From Amoeboaphelidium protococcarum X5 (lineage: Eukaryota > Fungi > Aphelidiomycota), in the NCBI GenBank assembly GCA_023515725.1, contig JALDTO010000146.1, positions 496,001 through 560,000 on the forward strand: a DNA stretch of 64,000 nt, read 5' to 3'. Shown in pieces: positions 13,224 through 27,024 of this stretch; within the stretch, counting starts at the first letter, position 1; every line of letters begins with the position of its first letter. The notes below the pieces were generated by a model. It ran no database searches. It was not told where the DNA came from and worked only from the letters and a program-made list of their open reading frames with translations. A program made the position numbers and the translations under genes.

Positions 13224-14792
13224 TCATTATATTTTCTTAGATGTCAATGTATAAACAACTTCTCTTTAGAGAGCCGAGGTCCACTTTGCCATATCAGACG
13301 CGTTACAACTACACAGCTCAATAGAGGAATAACAAGAGTCTTTCGGTTCGAGGCCCTTTGAAATGCGAGCCGCTTTGAGAAGAGACTAGTCCATTGAGGA
13401 TATTTGAATTTTATTTTATCTCCTAGGCATTATTCGAGACAGCTATCCGCTTGTATTTACCATATTCGAGGCGATCTGAAGGTTGAGTAGAGGAACAATA
13501 GTATACTAAGTTCTGTTGTGTCCACAGAATATAAACAAGCATGAATTCGCCAATACACAGAAGTTATTACGGTTAAACAAAGATAAAGTCAAAGTGCCTG
13601 GGAGTCCATGAAACTTGACACGCAGCCAACCAGATCTAACAGATCGACCAAGAAACAATTACTGGTCCACTATTAAATCGTCCTTCTCATCCATCAGAGG
13701 ATTAAACGGAATTTAAATAATAGAGTCATAGCATTGTTCTAAATACTGGCGTAATATATGAATACAATGCTCTTGATTTCTTTCGCCATCTTTAGGTATG
13801 CTTAGCGAAGACTATTACACGTCTTTCAGATAACGCGATTACTTAAACATTAAAGCCAAATTGTTACGTACAAACACTTTCCTCTTCATTTTGTGACGGA
13901 CTTGTTAATTATGCAAATCTGTGTTCAATAGGATAAAGCTAAAACAGACAAGGTACGTGATATCTTCTTCTTACCAGATGGACTGCAGAATAGAAGAGTC
14001 GTTGCAATCATCCGATGCATGTAGAACTAAATGCCGTACCAACTCAGAGTATCGACCTGCAAATGCAGTTATCACCCGATCAATCTATTGCGCCTCTCCG
14101 GGAAGCTTGAACATTTCCAAATATCTTCTCAACGCACTCAATAAATCCATCAGATCATTTTGAGATGCTGAGAAATCAATGAATCGCGTAAATTCAGCGA
14201 GTACTTACTGATTAAATTCGCGGTGGTCGCATAAGTACGCCCCGACAGCTCGTTTAATCACCAATTACGACGATGAAGCCTGGAACAAGAACTGCGCAAC
14301 ACTCTCAGGACTTAGCGAATTATGTAAAAAATAATTGCATCTGATCAATTAATTGAGACCCATCTATTGATCCAGATTGAATTTTCTACAGCCAACCAGA
14401 TATTATTCGCGCGTACACACTAAATCATAAGTTTAAGCTGTGCAATATGAGGTGACAGACGGAGTAGAGCTGCGCGAAATGGGATCGATTTCATTACTGT
14501 CACAAACAGAATCATTAATACTCTACTCACAGTCAGTGAGAGAAGAGGAGCGAGCAGGTAGAGATTTTTAAGAAGGATTGCGCAATAGCTACAGGGATTC
14601 TTGATGCAGCTGTAAAGAGATTGGTGTTAGAGGTCGATCTTGCGATTGCTTCATCGTACTGACGCCAGAGTCTCGCAAACTCAATTGTTCATCATCATCA
14701 TTACAGTATGCTGAAATTATATCCTCAGCGAATGAATAATACTGGCTGCCATTGTCGCAATCTGAATTCATGATTTATTATAAATTTGTCAT
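13224..14792 (-). CDS. Sec7 + PH domain Arf-GEF (cytohesin-like)
   Basis: Sec7 motifs GCRKFNLD and ALRRYLEMFKLPGEAQQIDRVITAFAGRY, followed by a PH-like C-terminus ending ..DMAKWTSALQ; start could be 14771. Confidence 0.85.
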
Positions 14793-14972
14793 TCATATGC
14801 AAACTACAATAGAAGAGGAGCAAAGTACGACAATTTCTCTTCATTTTTATATGCGGTTAGAGCCCCTTGATCGTTCTGATTAACGAATCGCGCGCCTATT
14901 TTCCTGCGTTAGGACTCACAGACAGACAGAAGGATTCTAGTTCAAGGTTGCAGTAAACTTAATAATAATAAT

Positions 14973-15692
14973 ATGTCAGTCAATTATTTAATTTAAACTT
15001 GTCTTATCGCGCTTGCTACTGTGCTCGTTGTTGAAGCTGTCAACTGGTATTATGTCTATAGAAAGGAGGAGTACCTAGAATTGGCGGAGCAAGTCAAGAA
15101 GTATGATGGTTTGGTTAAAGATTAAAAACAGTAGATCCAGCAGGCGACTAATGATAAAAAGGTCAACAGACTGAAAGGCACACTAAGAGCTAATCAAGGA
15201 CATTTGCAGTAGTTATAGGGTAGAATGATGCGCTATAACATGCTCAGCGGTTTTCTGAATATTGCGCAACTGTTGGGTGGATATTACTTGATGTATTTGC
15301 TTGGCTTCGATGGAGTGGTCATTTGTTAATTACCGTTTGTTCCGTTCTCATTCATGCGAGGATTAACATTTCGCGGGTTGAATGCAACAAAATTGTAATA
15401 ATCCGCGTCTTTCGCTTCCTCTTAGAGTACATCTTAACAAGGAAGCGGTTCTGATTAGAGTGTAGTTGATGAACAAGTGTACAAGAACGCGTCAGTGTAC
15501 TTTATATTTGGATTCGCCATTGTGGTACTCAGACTTTGGGTGCAATAATTGATGGAGAAATTGCAGCTTCGTCCACAACTTCCAGTGTCCACGACTGGTA
15601 GTATTTTTGAAGCATCCTCTGAACTTGCCGAACAGATTGATCCTGATGCCAGTTGGTCTGAAATCTTTTCCGGTAAAGTGAAAACTAAATGA
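14973..15692 (+). CDS. TMCO1: TMCO1 (EMC3/TMCO1/DUF106 family) ER membrane protein
   Basis: VLVVEAVNWYYVYRKEEY coiled coil; FDGVVICQLPFVPFSFMRGLTFRGL and SVYFIF match TMCO1. Confidence 0.85.
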
Positions 15693-15974
15693 TTATTTAT
15701 ACTGCCTCTTGATGCGGCATTTGAAACGTGTTATCGAGTGTGAATTAGCATACCATTGTTCATTCATTCATGCGTTTCTAAAATTTATATAATCTTAACT
15801 TGAACTACCTAGCTGCGCATTACATTTACAATAGTATCTGCCGACTCAAAGAGCCCTCTTCAGTGAAATCACACGCGCTTTGAAGAGAAGCACGAAACTC
15901 TGAACGTTCCGGAGCTCAACTTTGCTTTCTCCGTTCTTAATGGCTTTCGTATCGAAATCTCAGTTATTGCACCA

Positions 15975-18545
15975 ATGGATATTAAAAAGTTCAAGGTATA
16001 TTTTGTTTTGATTCTTAGAGTATTAATATTTTATAATGTCGTCTATGTAAAACTATAAAGTGTGTAGTTTGAGAATTGTAAAGTGCGAATATAACATGGG
16101 CGGAGGCAGTACTTGGCTCAAGTCTATATTTTGAATCATCACTTGCTGATACGCCTTCAACTGAACAATATCACGTCTAATGACCCTTAGAAATAAGACT
16201 AATGTTATCAGGATCTGAGACTATCTTTTGGTATGATCAGTAATGTTTCTAAAGGTGTTAGCGACAATGACTCGTCTGTTACTTCATCGTCATCTGTGAA
16301 CGATTCCAGCAATAGAGAAGTTGAAATCGTGACCAAGTCCTTTATGCGATTGTTGGTACAGATGCCCAGTGACCGCGATGTCTTGGACTTTATTCATACA
16401 CTGAATACTCTCTCATCTAAAATGTTGATTTTTAATGGTGGCGATTCTTAGTAATAACTACAGTAGCAATAATAGTAGTAATAGTTACCAAGTGTGAAAT
16501 TAATCCGGTTGAAGGGAGTGGAGACTTTTGAGTTTGACTTTCTAAAGTAGGATTGTGATAGACAGCGGATTGGTGGCAGTGATAGGGGTCTTAAATGGCG
16601 TGTTAGTAATGTTAATGGTACGTATGAAATGTCTCCCACCTACCCGAGGACTTTGATTGTACCCAGTAGGATTGGTGATGCCACTCTGAAGCATGCCTCG
16701 AAGTTCCGCTCTAAGGGCCGTATCCCAGCGCTTAGTTATACCATTCCATAGATGGGCTTTAGTGTCACCAGATGCAGTTAACCCATGGTGGGAATCAAGA
16801 GTAAGCGATCTTTATAAGATGAGAAGCTGGTTGAGGCCATCTTTGAGAATGTTGACTATCCATCCCGACCTGCCAGTAACATAATCCTGGATGCCCGACC
16901 TATGATTAATGCCGTGTCTAATAGGGCGATGGGTGCTGGTTATGAGAGTACTGAATACTATAAGGGCAGTAGATTCATGATGGGAATAGAAAATATTCAT
17001 GTGATGCGCGATTCTTTGAATAAAGTGGTGAATGATATTGTTTTGAATTAGAATATCCCCGACAAGGTGGACGTGATGTATTAGTTATATGAAAATTCTG
17101 GATGGCCATCGCATATCAAGTCTATCCATAAGGCGACTGCAGTTATTGTTGATTATTCTCGATAGCATCAGGTTGATAGTGTGACGAATATCCTGATTCA
17201 CTGCTCTGATGGATGGGACAGGACGGCCCAGTTGACGTCTCTATCTGCGCTGTGTATTGATCCGCATTACAGAACTATGGTGGGATTTTTTAGTTTGATT
17301 GAACGTGAATGGTGTTCGTTTGGCCATAAATTTGCAGATAGATGCGGCCACTTGGTGAATATGGACAAGAAGTAGAAAGTGCCTTTATTATCTGGCTCTT
17401 CTGCTTAATCTTTAAGTGCCGGTTCTAATTAAAGTATCGCTTACTAGAATCCTGTTAGATTGAATACACCAAGTTCGCCTATTGACTCGAAATACTAAAA
17501 AGTTAGTGAGAAAGAAATGTCCCCAGTATTTCATCAGTTCTTGGAATGTGTTCATTTGATTATGCTCCAACATCCGTCACAATTTGAATTCAATGAAGAA
17601 TTACTTCTAAGATTATATAGAGCTGTGTTTGATAATGATTTTCTGACCTTCAGTGGTAATTGTGAGCGTGAAAGAGGCTCAATGAATAGGGGAAGAGACA
17701 GCTGTTCTCTATGGGATTATATTCTATCGAATAGAGATGATTTCACAAATTTGAATTATCAAGGTTAGGGGAATGCTGGTAATGCAGCAAATTTGAATCA
17801 GAATATTCTCAAAGTTTCGTATCACCCGAAAGATATTTCAATATGGGGAAGATTACTGTTCAGTGCTGATGATTCGACTCATTGTGGTGGTGGATTGACG
17901 CTCTGTGATTTTGCCGACTCTGTGCCGCCTTTTACGGTCAGACATCCGTATAGAAGACTTCCTGGTAGTTATGCGGAGGCTTCAAGCAAGATTAAAGACT
18001 CGCTGGACAAGTGTTCCCATACCGATTCTTTATTGTAACATCATCTTCACAGTCTTGATGCTCAGATAGAGAATCTCAGGAAGAAGATTATAAAATCATC
18101 GACAGATGTTGAATTACCTCTACTTAGTAGTAGTGAAGTATCCACTAAATCTCCTTCCCAACTTTAGTCTGCAGATTAGTAGTAAAAGTCTCAATCTGAA
18201 CTTGATCTCTAGTAATGGTAATAGTAATAACAATAGATCCATGTTGTCAGTCATAGTAAATAGTCTCAATGCTCAAATTGCAAGCATCTATTCTTTGCTT
18301 AGGATAGTCAATTTTAATGCACTTGGTGTTCAAGTATAGTTTGTATTGATTGTTCGCGATATAGACTTGGTGTGTCCGATGTATTGACTGCCATAATAAG
18401 CTCGAGTCAGTAAAGTGAAGATTCTCCTACTGATAGCAATCATAATGAAAGATCACTACCAAGATGGCGCGCGTGTGAGCGGTGTACATCCAAGGTAGTC
18501 AAGAACAATTCTACTAGTACTATTACCACACAGGTTAGTTCATGA
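15975..18545 (+). CDS. myotubularin-family phosphoinositide 3-phosphatase with a C-terminal degenerate FYVE-like finger; probable intron 15996-16067
   Basis: Catalytic HCSDGWDRT; [48 protein letters not shown]; C-terminal CxxC..CxxC...CxxC...CxxC. Confidence 0.9.
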
Positions 18546-18712
18546 TCTTGAATAATAATCAAGTCCACTTCAATTAGGCCATTTTTTATCGTTCCGCTTA
18601 TAGTAGCACTTTTTAAACATCCGCTGAGGTAAATGCTCCCCTTTGCTCTTTATAATTATCTTTTTTCACCCGGCCGAAATACAAAATTATCACATATTAA
18701 GTGTTGGAAAGT

Positions 18713-20158
18713 ATGCCAAAAATCCAAGATAGCTTTGGGCGAACGACTATATAAGCTAGCAATTTAGATTAAAGAGTGACTGATTAGTTGTTGGCATCTA
18801 TTTTCTCCACCGCTGGCCCTATAGTGTCCATAAGGACTATACATGATCGCGCATCAGGCTCTACCTCCACCTCATACATTGAATATAAAGATCACTAGTC
18901 TGCAGAGACGGCTATACTGACGCTAAACGGAAGGCGTATCTATGATTTGAGTGTGCAGTTGAAGTGGTATATTCAGATTACAAAGAGCAAGGAGGATATC
19001 TCGAATCATTACTCTCTTTATGTCGGTGATCTCAGTGGCGATGTTGATGATCAAGTTCTGGCTAGGGCGTTCGCTGATGCTTTAGGTGGGAGTGCTCTAT
19101 CAGATGCACGTGTAATGTGGGATCTGTAGACGGGCAAGACTAGGGGATATGGATTTGTGACTTTTAGGACCAAGAGAGATGCTGAGGGTGCCATTCAGAT
19201 GATGAACGGTCGCCAGATTGGCTAGCGATGTGTCAAGATCAACTGGGCTCATAATAAAGCCAATCTACAAGCTGGTTCTAATGCTTTTGGTTAACCTTAA
19301 TAAGGGGATAACGCGCAGTAATTTTAGTAGTAGTAGTAGTAGTTTCCGTAATAAGGTTAGAGTGCCGCAAGCACCGGTACATACTCCACTGCGCCGGTGT
19401 TTGAACATCCAAAGCGGCCTACACTGAACTTGAACACTGTCTTGAATTAAAGTTAGCCCAGTGTGACCACAGTGTACGTTAGTATTCCACCTAATACGAC
19501 TACAGAGATGCTGTAGACTGCTTTCCTTCCGTATGGCCATATCCTGGACATTAAGATTCATCATGAGAAGGGATACGCATTCGTCAAGATGGACAGTCAC
19601 GAAAATGCTGCATAGGCAATCTGTTATTTGGCCAACGCGGCATTTAATGGCGCCAAGTTGAAGGTGGCGTGGGGTAAAGACAAGTCTGGTGGTGCTGATG
19701 GCGGCGGTGGTGGCCTTAGTGCATCTTCATCTTCGTAGAACATTTCAATGATGTCATCTCAGCAATAATAATAGTAGTAATAATAATAAGCAAGTGGATA
19801 TGAAGACAGTATGAAGTTTAGTGTGAATGCGTTCATGGCATATCAAGCTGCCTCAGCCAACTTGGCATATTATTAGAATGGTGGAGATGCACAAGGAGAT
19901 CATTATTACTAAATGTAGAAGTAGTAATAGTAGATGATGCTTGCATAGTAGCAATAGCTTTTATAGTAGCAGCAGTCTAATCAGTCTCTATAATCTCCGC
20001 ATTATATCACACAAGAGTAATAGATTTAGTAATAACAATTTTAGAACATGTACAGGCATTATTTACAAATGTCTCAATAATAGTAAAGTTAATAGTAGTC
20101 AAGTTAATAGTCTCAGTCTAGTACTCCTGTGATGTAATCTAATTCTAGTGCAAGTTGA
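18713..20158 (+). CDS. PUB1: three-RRM protein Pub1/TIA-1-like with Q-rich prion-like C-terminus
   Basis: LYVGDLSGDVDD, DARVMWDLQTGKTRGYGFVTF, INWAH, KGYAFVKMDSHENAAQAI, KVAWGK; poly-Q tail encoded largely by TAA/TAG. Confidence 0.88.
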
Positions 20159-20351
20159 ATGGAATTGATGTTCATTACACAAAATACATTAGTCTTGTGC
20201 GGCGGTGGTAGAATTGATTAATTGAATAATAACCACTATTAAACTGTGAACTGAATAAATCAAATTGAGTTGCTTGTATTAATTTTCCTTTTAATATTCT
20301 CACAGAGGTCATAATTCAAGTAGATACTAGCTGCCATCTTAAAGAATATAA

Positions 20352-21944
20352 TCAGACTTCACCTTCCTCTCCCGCAATGTTATTATTATGACTCTTGTTA
20401 TGATCATGACTGCCGTTATCACAAGCCCAAATATCTGGTTAAGCATCCGTCCAATTACTCTCAGGATTACCGTTACTATTAGTACCGTTATTGTGGGCAT
20501 CAGAATACCGAGTATTGTCACTTGGTGGCTATCTCAATTCATGTCTACCATGGGCATACGTGCAAGTATCTCCCAGCTTACAGCGACCAGACTCTTCAAA
20601 GTACTTGCACAGAGTGGACTTGTAATGACTACTATTAGCGCGTCGCTCAAAGATTTGGTCAGCAGGGATACCAACAGTGGATCTCCCGGGGAATGGACCC
20701 CGCTATCTTGGACCATCATACTGACTCTTACCGGCGACACCATCGTCTCTGTCATACTACTATTGGTAGGTGGACTCTTAGCGATAAGTATAGTCTCCAT
20801 TAGGATAATGTTTATCGTTTTCAGTATCACCACCTCTTGAATACTCGACGCAATAATCACGAGAACGATCACTTCTATTATACTACTACTATGGCTGACG
20901 AGAATACATCTTCCCATCACGTCTTTAGTCTCCTTATACTTGCCTCTAATCCTTCGTATATTCATACTAATGCTGCTCCTTCTACTAAAACTATTAATCT
21001 TTCGCCTGATCATATCTCCCATATGAATGTTCCGATTAAGGCTTCTACAACTAATCCTTACTATGAGCAAACTTACAATCATCTCCAAATCGACAATGGC
21101 CAGTTTTGACAAAATAAGAGCACATTGCAGTGCGGAATTTACGTTCATCGAATTAATGATGATGATTATCTTTGCGATTAAATGGTTCCGCTTCAGCATT
21201 GAATTCATTATAACGATAATCACCCTACTGAGGATATTCTTCGGCAAACTCTCCTGCATCTTGTGCGTAATCATACTAATATTCCTCAGCGTACTCTCCG
21301 TCATCATAAGAACGCTACTGTTGTTATTAGCTATCATAGTTGTTGACATTATCAGCGTGACAAACACTACTACTAGCGGTGACATAATCATCTCTACGCT
21401 ATCCAGATTACAACTATACTACAGCAGATATAGCAAAATCCTTCTCCACCACCATCATACCAACTTCGCTCTAGCCGTGAGCGAATTTACAATACAGACC
21501 GTTGCCGCACATACCAGTGTCCATATAAGTCTAACACAGCTCTAGCTTGTACTATGGCGCCTTAATCTCTGGCAGCTCTTGGCGACGATGCTGTTGCAAT
21601 GAGTAATCATCTCTCTACCTCACACTAGAAGTACGCGCACCACCGTTAGAATTACTTTGATGATTATTAGCTTTGCTATTATAGTAACCAGGCGAGTAAT
21701 CTCTAGCATTATTACGAAATTATTACGGCTAAGATTATTTCGCTACACCAGAACCGTTCTAATAATTCTATTGCGAGTATGAATTAGGTCGATGCACACC
21801 ATAATCAGATCTTCTATTGTAATCTCTGCCTCTTGATTATTGATAATCCGTTTAATAAGAACCAGGATTCTTATCAGTAGATTATGCAGCAGCACCAGAA
21901 TACTAATATCCTTTGCCTCTATAGCTTTCTTCGTAACGCGTCAT
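20352..21944 (-). CDS. CCCH zinc-finger RNA-binding protein (TIS11/Cth-type fingers), 530 aa
   Basis: Three C-x8-C-x5-C-x3-H fingers: [78 protein letters not shown]. Confidence 0.85.
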
Positions 21945-22234
21945 TTTATAATCAGTCTAATTAGCCAAAGAGTAAAATATGAACTAAATTTGAAGCAGGA
22001 TGGTTCCTATTTGCTCACGTAGATGAAGAAGTTGGAAAAAGGGAACTGAGAAAGTCGCTGAGAAGGAATCTCTCATCGCGTTGTTCACCGAACGATCAAT
22101 TGACTGACTGAACGAATTGATCGCAATTATTGAGTTCCTACGCCACAGCGTTAACAGCATAATATTGAAGTCAAAAGTACAGAATAAGTATTTTATCAGA
22201 GTCTATTATTATAATTGGGGTTTTAATAAATCTT

Positions 22235-25147
22235 TCATTTAATTAATTCCATTCTGAGTCGCTGTCTTAATCCGGCCACTGTACTTTCATCAATGGTAAT
22301 TCTAACTCTGACTTTGGTAAAGACTTTCAAGGTACCAGCTGGTGAACTGAGAGACCGGTTCTCAACGTCATAGACAAACTCATGACTATCACCGCCACCA
22401 TTTTAATTGGCGGATCCATCTCTTCCACTAGATGGTGAAGCATGTACAAAGCCTTCAATTCCATATTTAGGCACAATCACAGAGGCTCCATTCTTCATCA
22501 CCGCAGTTACATATCCCACCTCATCCACCTGCTTACCGCGAAAGAATAAGTGCGTATACAATTCTACGGAGCTACGTCCAGCTTACTATGCTTATCTGTG
22601 ACGATAGTTAAGATTATCACAAATCTCAGACATTCTAACACGATCAAAGAGTAGATGAGATTACGATACAGATTCATCAGCATTTATAGATGCAGCCAGT
22701 AGTCTATGAACCATCACATCAGCGTAACGTCTGATAGGAGAAGTGAAATGCGTATAAATCTCAGTGGCGAGACCGTAATGCCAATATTCATTATCGCTGA
22801 GCTGACCCGAGCAAAAGTACACGGCCTACATCATGCAACGCGTGGTCAATATACGTACAAGAGTGTTAAAGTAATCGTCCCCCTTGACGATAGCTTTATT
22901 CAGACTATCAGCCAGCTGCTTTGAGGTCTCAGTCTGCAAAGTGATGCCATAAGGTTACAAAGCCTATTTCAACTAATCAAAATTACTTTATGGAGGTTGA
23001 GGATGACGACGAAGAACGGCAACCTCAGGAAATGCCGTATATATCTACTTGGCCACAGCAATGTTGGCCAGTAGCATAAACTCTTCCACCAGGGCATTGG
23101 TCTCTTTCAACTCCTTCATTTCCACATCGACAGGATCTTGAGTGTCTCTTTCCAACTGGAACCGGACTTCAGGTGAACTAAGAGTCAGACTACCAGCCTC
23201 CTGTCTCTTCTACTTGAACAACTTGGCAAATCTATTCAATTGACGAATAGAATGAGTTAATTCATCTTGCATCTTGGGATCATCGATGCGTCTCTGGGCT
23301 TCTTCATACGTGAGAGATGCCTTACTCTGTATGATACTTTTGCAGAACTCAGTCTTAAGAATTTCACCCTGCTCAGTCATTTACCAGATCACAGAAAACG
23401 CAAGCCTCTCAACATTGGATCTGAGAGAGCACAGATTAGTACCTAACAGCGGTGGAAGCATATCGATACGCTAATCTACCAGATATACGGTTGTGCCACG
23501 AACACTCGCCTCCTGATCCATTGCAGTGTCTGGCTTCACAAAGTACGTCACATCAGCAATGTGGACACCACACTCCCATAGATTATCCGACAGCTTTCTA
23601 CAATGCAAAGCATCATCTATATCAGTACATCCCGGAGGATCGATACTGCAAATATTCAATGATCTACAATCTTTTCTTACTGAATATTCCTACTCGGGAA
23701 TCTTAAAATTTGCACCTTCCGCAGGTAATTCAGATAAAATCTAATTAGAGAATACCTAATAACGAACATCGTGCTCATGCAAAAGAGATTCCAATTCAGT
23801 CGCTTTATCACCCAACTGGCCCAATGTTCGAACAAAATGACCAGATGGAAAGTTCTCATTCACACTCCAACTATCAATATTGACCAGAATGCGCTAGCCT
23901 TTAAGCTAATTCAACTATCTCGTCTTGATTCTAATCTTTGGAATTCTCTTCTCAGATGGATAGAACCACACAGATCTAGACTACGCGCCCATATCACCAG
24001 CTGCATCCACTCTAGAGGCATCGATAACTCCAGCATAACATCTCCAATTACGCTTCACAATTCCCACAACTTACGCGACAGGAATATCACCCTCACTGAC
24101 AGTCAGTGCATCTGTGTTATTATCATCTTATTCTACCATATCACCGCTAGCATCATTAATTAAGCCACCAGCATCTGTGATCTATGCGGTAACTTCAGCC
24201 TATAAATCACCTTCTTCATCAATGATCGTCTCGGCAGCAATCTTCCACTGAGATTTGGGAAGCAGCTGAACCACCACAACATCATCATGAATGGCCCTGT
24301 TTAGAGACTACTTGCCCACCACCTTGATAGTCACATCCTTGCCACCAATAGAAGTATGAAGCTGGCCTTCGAAAACATTATTTAGAGCAATACTAATCTT
24401 ACCCTGGAATAGCTTAACACTAAGCAGACCACTTTATATCTACGAGTTGGATAGATAGTCGCGATACACCTAACCTGATGAGTCCACCATCGCATCGGCA
24501 TCATTAGACTCTTGCGCAACCATATCCAACAACTCTGGAGCATCAACTTTATGCAATTCAACAAACTACTATACAGTGAGTATTTGCAAATTACTCAAGT
24601 GTCCCAGGAGATTCTATGCACCTAGAGCAGTATTAGAATTAGCCGTCAAAAATTGAAATTACACAGAAGGTAGATGCTTGCAGTACCACTCTAGAGCCGT
24701 CATAATAGCTCTACAATTCCTATCCTACAGCTGCTCACTCTTCTACCTCTAAACGTACAGCTATTGCATATTCTCATTTGAGAGCACATAAAACTGACGC
24801 GTAATATCAACATCCACACCACCACCAACCAGCTATCTCGCGCGATTGTAAAGCGCCATTGATTTATCTCTAATCACATCCAGCACAGTTCTAAGTAGCA
24901 CCACCTGATTAACACACTGATGCTCTGCAATGTCCATCTGATGGAGTATCATTGAATAATCCAACACAATCAACTTTTATCCATCAAGAAGACGCGTACT
25001 GGGAGGCAGAATACAGCTAGCATTACATTCAGTACATGTACTATATCCACAGTGAATATCAGTTCTCAGATAATGTTCTCTCAATATCTTTTACACTCCA
25101 CCTTTACGATTCTTGCGCAATATCGTCTTACTCTACACAATCTTCAT
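22235..25147 (-). CDS. DIS3: exosome catalytic subunit Dis3/Rrp44
   Basis: [14 protein letters not shown]3 motif, PIN region, RNB motifs [36 protein letters not shown]. Confidence 0.95.
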
Positions 25148-25306
25148 CTTTCTCAATAATTATAAAGAATTTTTCAGTTTTGAATTGGAAAGAAGAGGAG
25201 ATCGTCCGACAGACAGAGCCTTCAGCTATCTTTCACCTTGGTTTTAAGTGGAGAAGATTGAAATTGATAGAAGGTATTAATAAATTTTTAAAGTTTAATA
25301 ATAAAT

Positions 25307-26278
25307 TCAACATAGATCAGTACTCTCTTCAATGTTGGTGGTACCATCTTGAATATGATGGCGAGGCTTGGAGTCATCTACAGCATCATCAACAAGACTG
25401 GTGGACACGTCGGGATTGTAAACTTGTTATTATTAATCAACTACAGGCTATTCACCTAGAACGCGCAAACTCTTGGCCAATTTGATAATCTACCGATCCA
25501 AGAAGGACACTTGCTGTATCTTGAGAACTTGATCTATTTTCTATTAATCTCTCTGTTCGAACGCGTCCAACAGCTAATTAGCTATTTTACCTTCATCACT
25601 AACGGGCCATTGCGGGGTGTTCAGAGTCAACTGTTCAAACAGTTTAGACGCGGCCACTTCATCACCCACGGCCAGTTGAACAATCACACAGCTCACTCCC
25701 ATTCTGTTATGAAGATGAGTATTCTATGCTTTGCGTAAACCTTCGATATATCGCATTAGGACTTGGGAGGCCTCCTGCAACTAATTCTCCCTAATGAGTA
25801 GAAATGCATAACGCTGAAATACTTCACCATTGATTCTAATACGCTCTTCATCTTCAATCAGAGATACCGCTTGACTGTAGCATTCCAGAGCATATCTCGG
25901 ATCCTGTTCATCCAGATACTTGGCAGCCTTATCATACATATCTATAGCGCGATCTCCATTGTTATTCTGCTGGAACAATTTAGCAGCACTGACAAAGGCA
26001 TCTGCCGCCTTCTTTACATTCTTATTACTGGATTGTATGTACAGACTGCCGGCATTCTCCATACTCTTGGCGGCAAAGTATACAGATTCATTCTTGTAAT
26101 GACAGTCGGAAGCTTTAATGAACAAGTCATACGATCGGTCGTATTGCTTCTACGCTTTGAGCATATTAGCAGCCTTGTCATACATTGTACTTGCCTCTTC
26201 ATAGTCAGGCTTTCTCTTGAAGAACGACGTAGTCAATGCCTTCTCTGCATCTCTCACCAGCTATTACACATCTCCCAT
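25307..26278 (-). CDS. NAPG: gamma-SNAP (soluble NSF attachment protein gamma)
   Basis: AEKALTTSFFKRKPDYEEASTMYDKAA and YFAAKSMENAG; acidic tail ending DLC. Confidence 0.85.
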
Positions 26279-26460
26279 ACTATTACTGTATTTCACAAGT
26301 GAATCGCTGTATAAATACTATTTTAGTAAAGTCTAATAGTAATGACATGAATTGTAACAAAGAAGAAACTTTTAAAGGCGCGTAATAGAAAATGTAGAGA
26401 TCCCTTAAGATGAAAAAACATCTCATGTCAACAATATATTCATTCATTAATTCATTGTAT

Positions 26461-26688
26461 TCACTTTTAGGCATTCTTGTAATCATCCGTTGATGGAACT
26501 TTGACATTGAACAGCTCACAGAGGAGAGGAGACGGGTTCCAGACTGAGGTTTTACGTGTTACCGCAACATCAAATGGATCACTGTGAGCCTTGTCAGTGG
26601 CATCTTTGCAATTCTTCATGATGTTATCCTGGCCAATCGTCTCTGATTGCGACATGGAACTCTTCACGAATCTCTATTCCAGGTCCAT
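26461..26688 (-). CDS. small protein (75 aa) carrying a GPATCH1-like motif
   Basis: MDLEQRFVKSS...TRKTSVWNPSPLLCELFNVKVP resembles the TR....W.P..LLC.RFNV..P motif of GPATCH1; upstream exons are not excluded. Confidence 0.5.
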
Positions 26689-27024
26689 GACACGCGTTTA
26701 ATGGGCACCAAGGTTAGGCAGTGCTCAGGAACGACTCAATGCAATCACTGAAGGAGAATTTCTGAACATTACGGAAAAGAAGGAGTGCGTGTCCTCATTG
26801 AAACCAACTCACTTTAAAATTAATAAAAACTCACTTGAACACCTTAATGAGCTGTAAATACAAGATCCAAGTCATTTTAGTTCCATTTAATTTCCTAGTC
26901 AATTTATAGAGCGATCACACTGCCAGTGATACGGTCTTGGAACAATTTAAGCCAAAGTAGAAACATCAAACTCGATTAATGGTGACAAAGGATCTTTATT
27001 TTATGTCAAAAGTATCACACACAA

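Noticed and set aside
20339-21545. Long Ile/Met-rich ORFs on both strands (up to 285 aa)
   Set aside because: Off-frame and antisense shadows of the N/Q/D-rich CCCH gene, whose true frame carries three zinc fingers.
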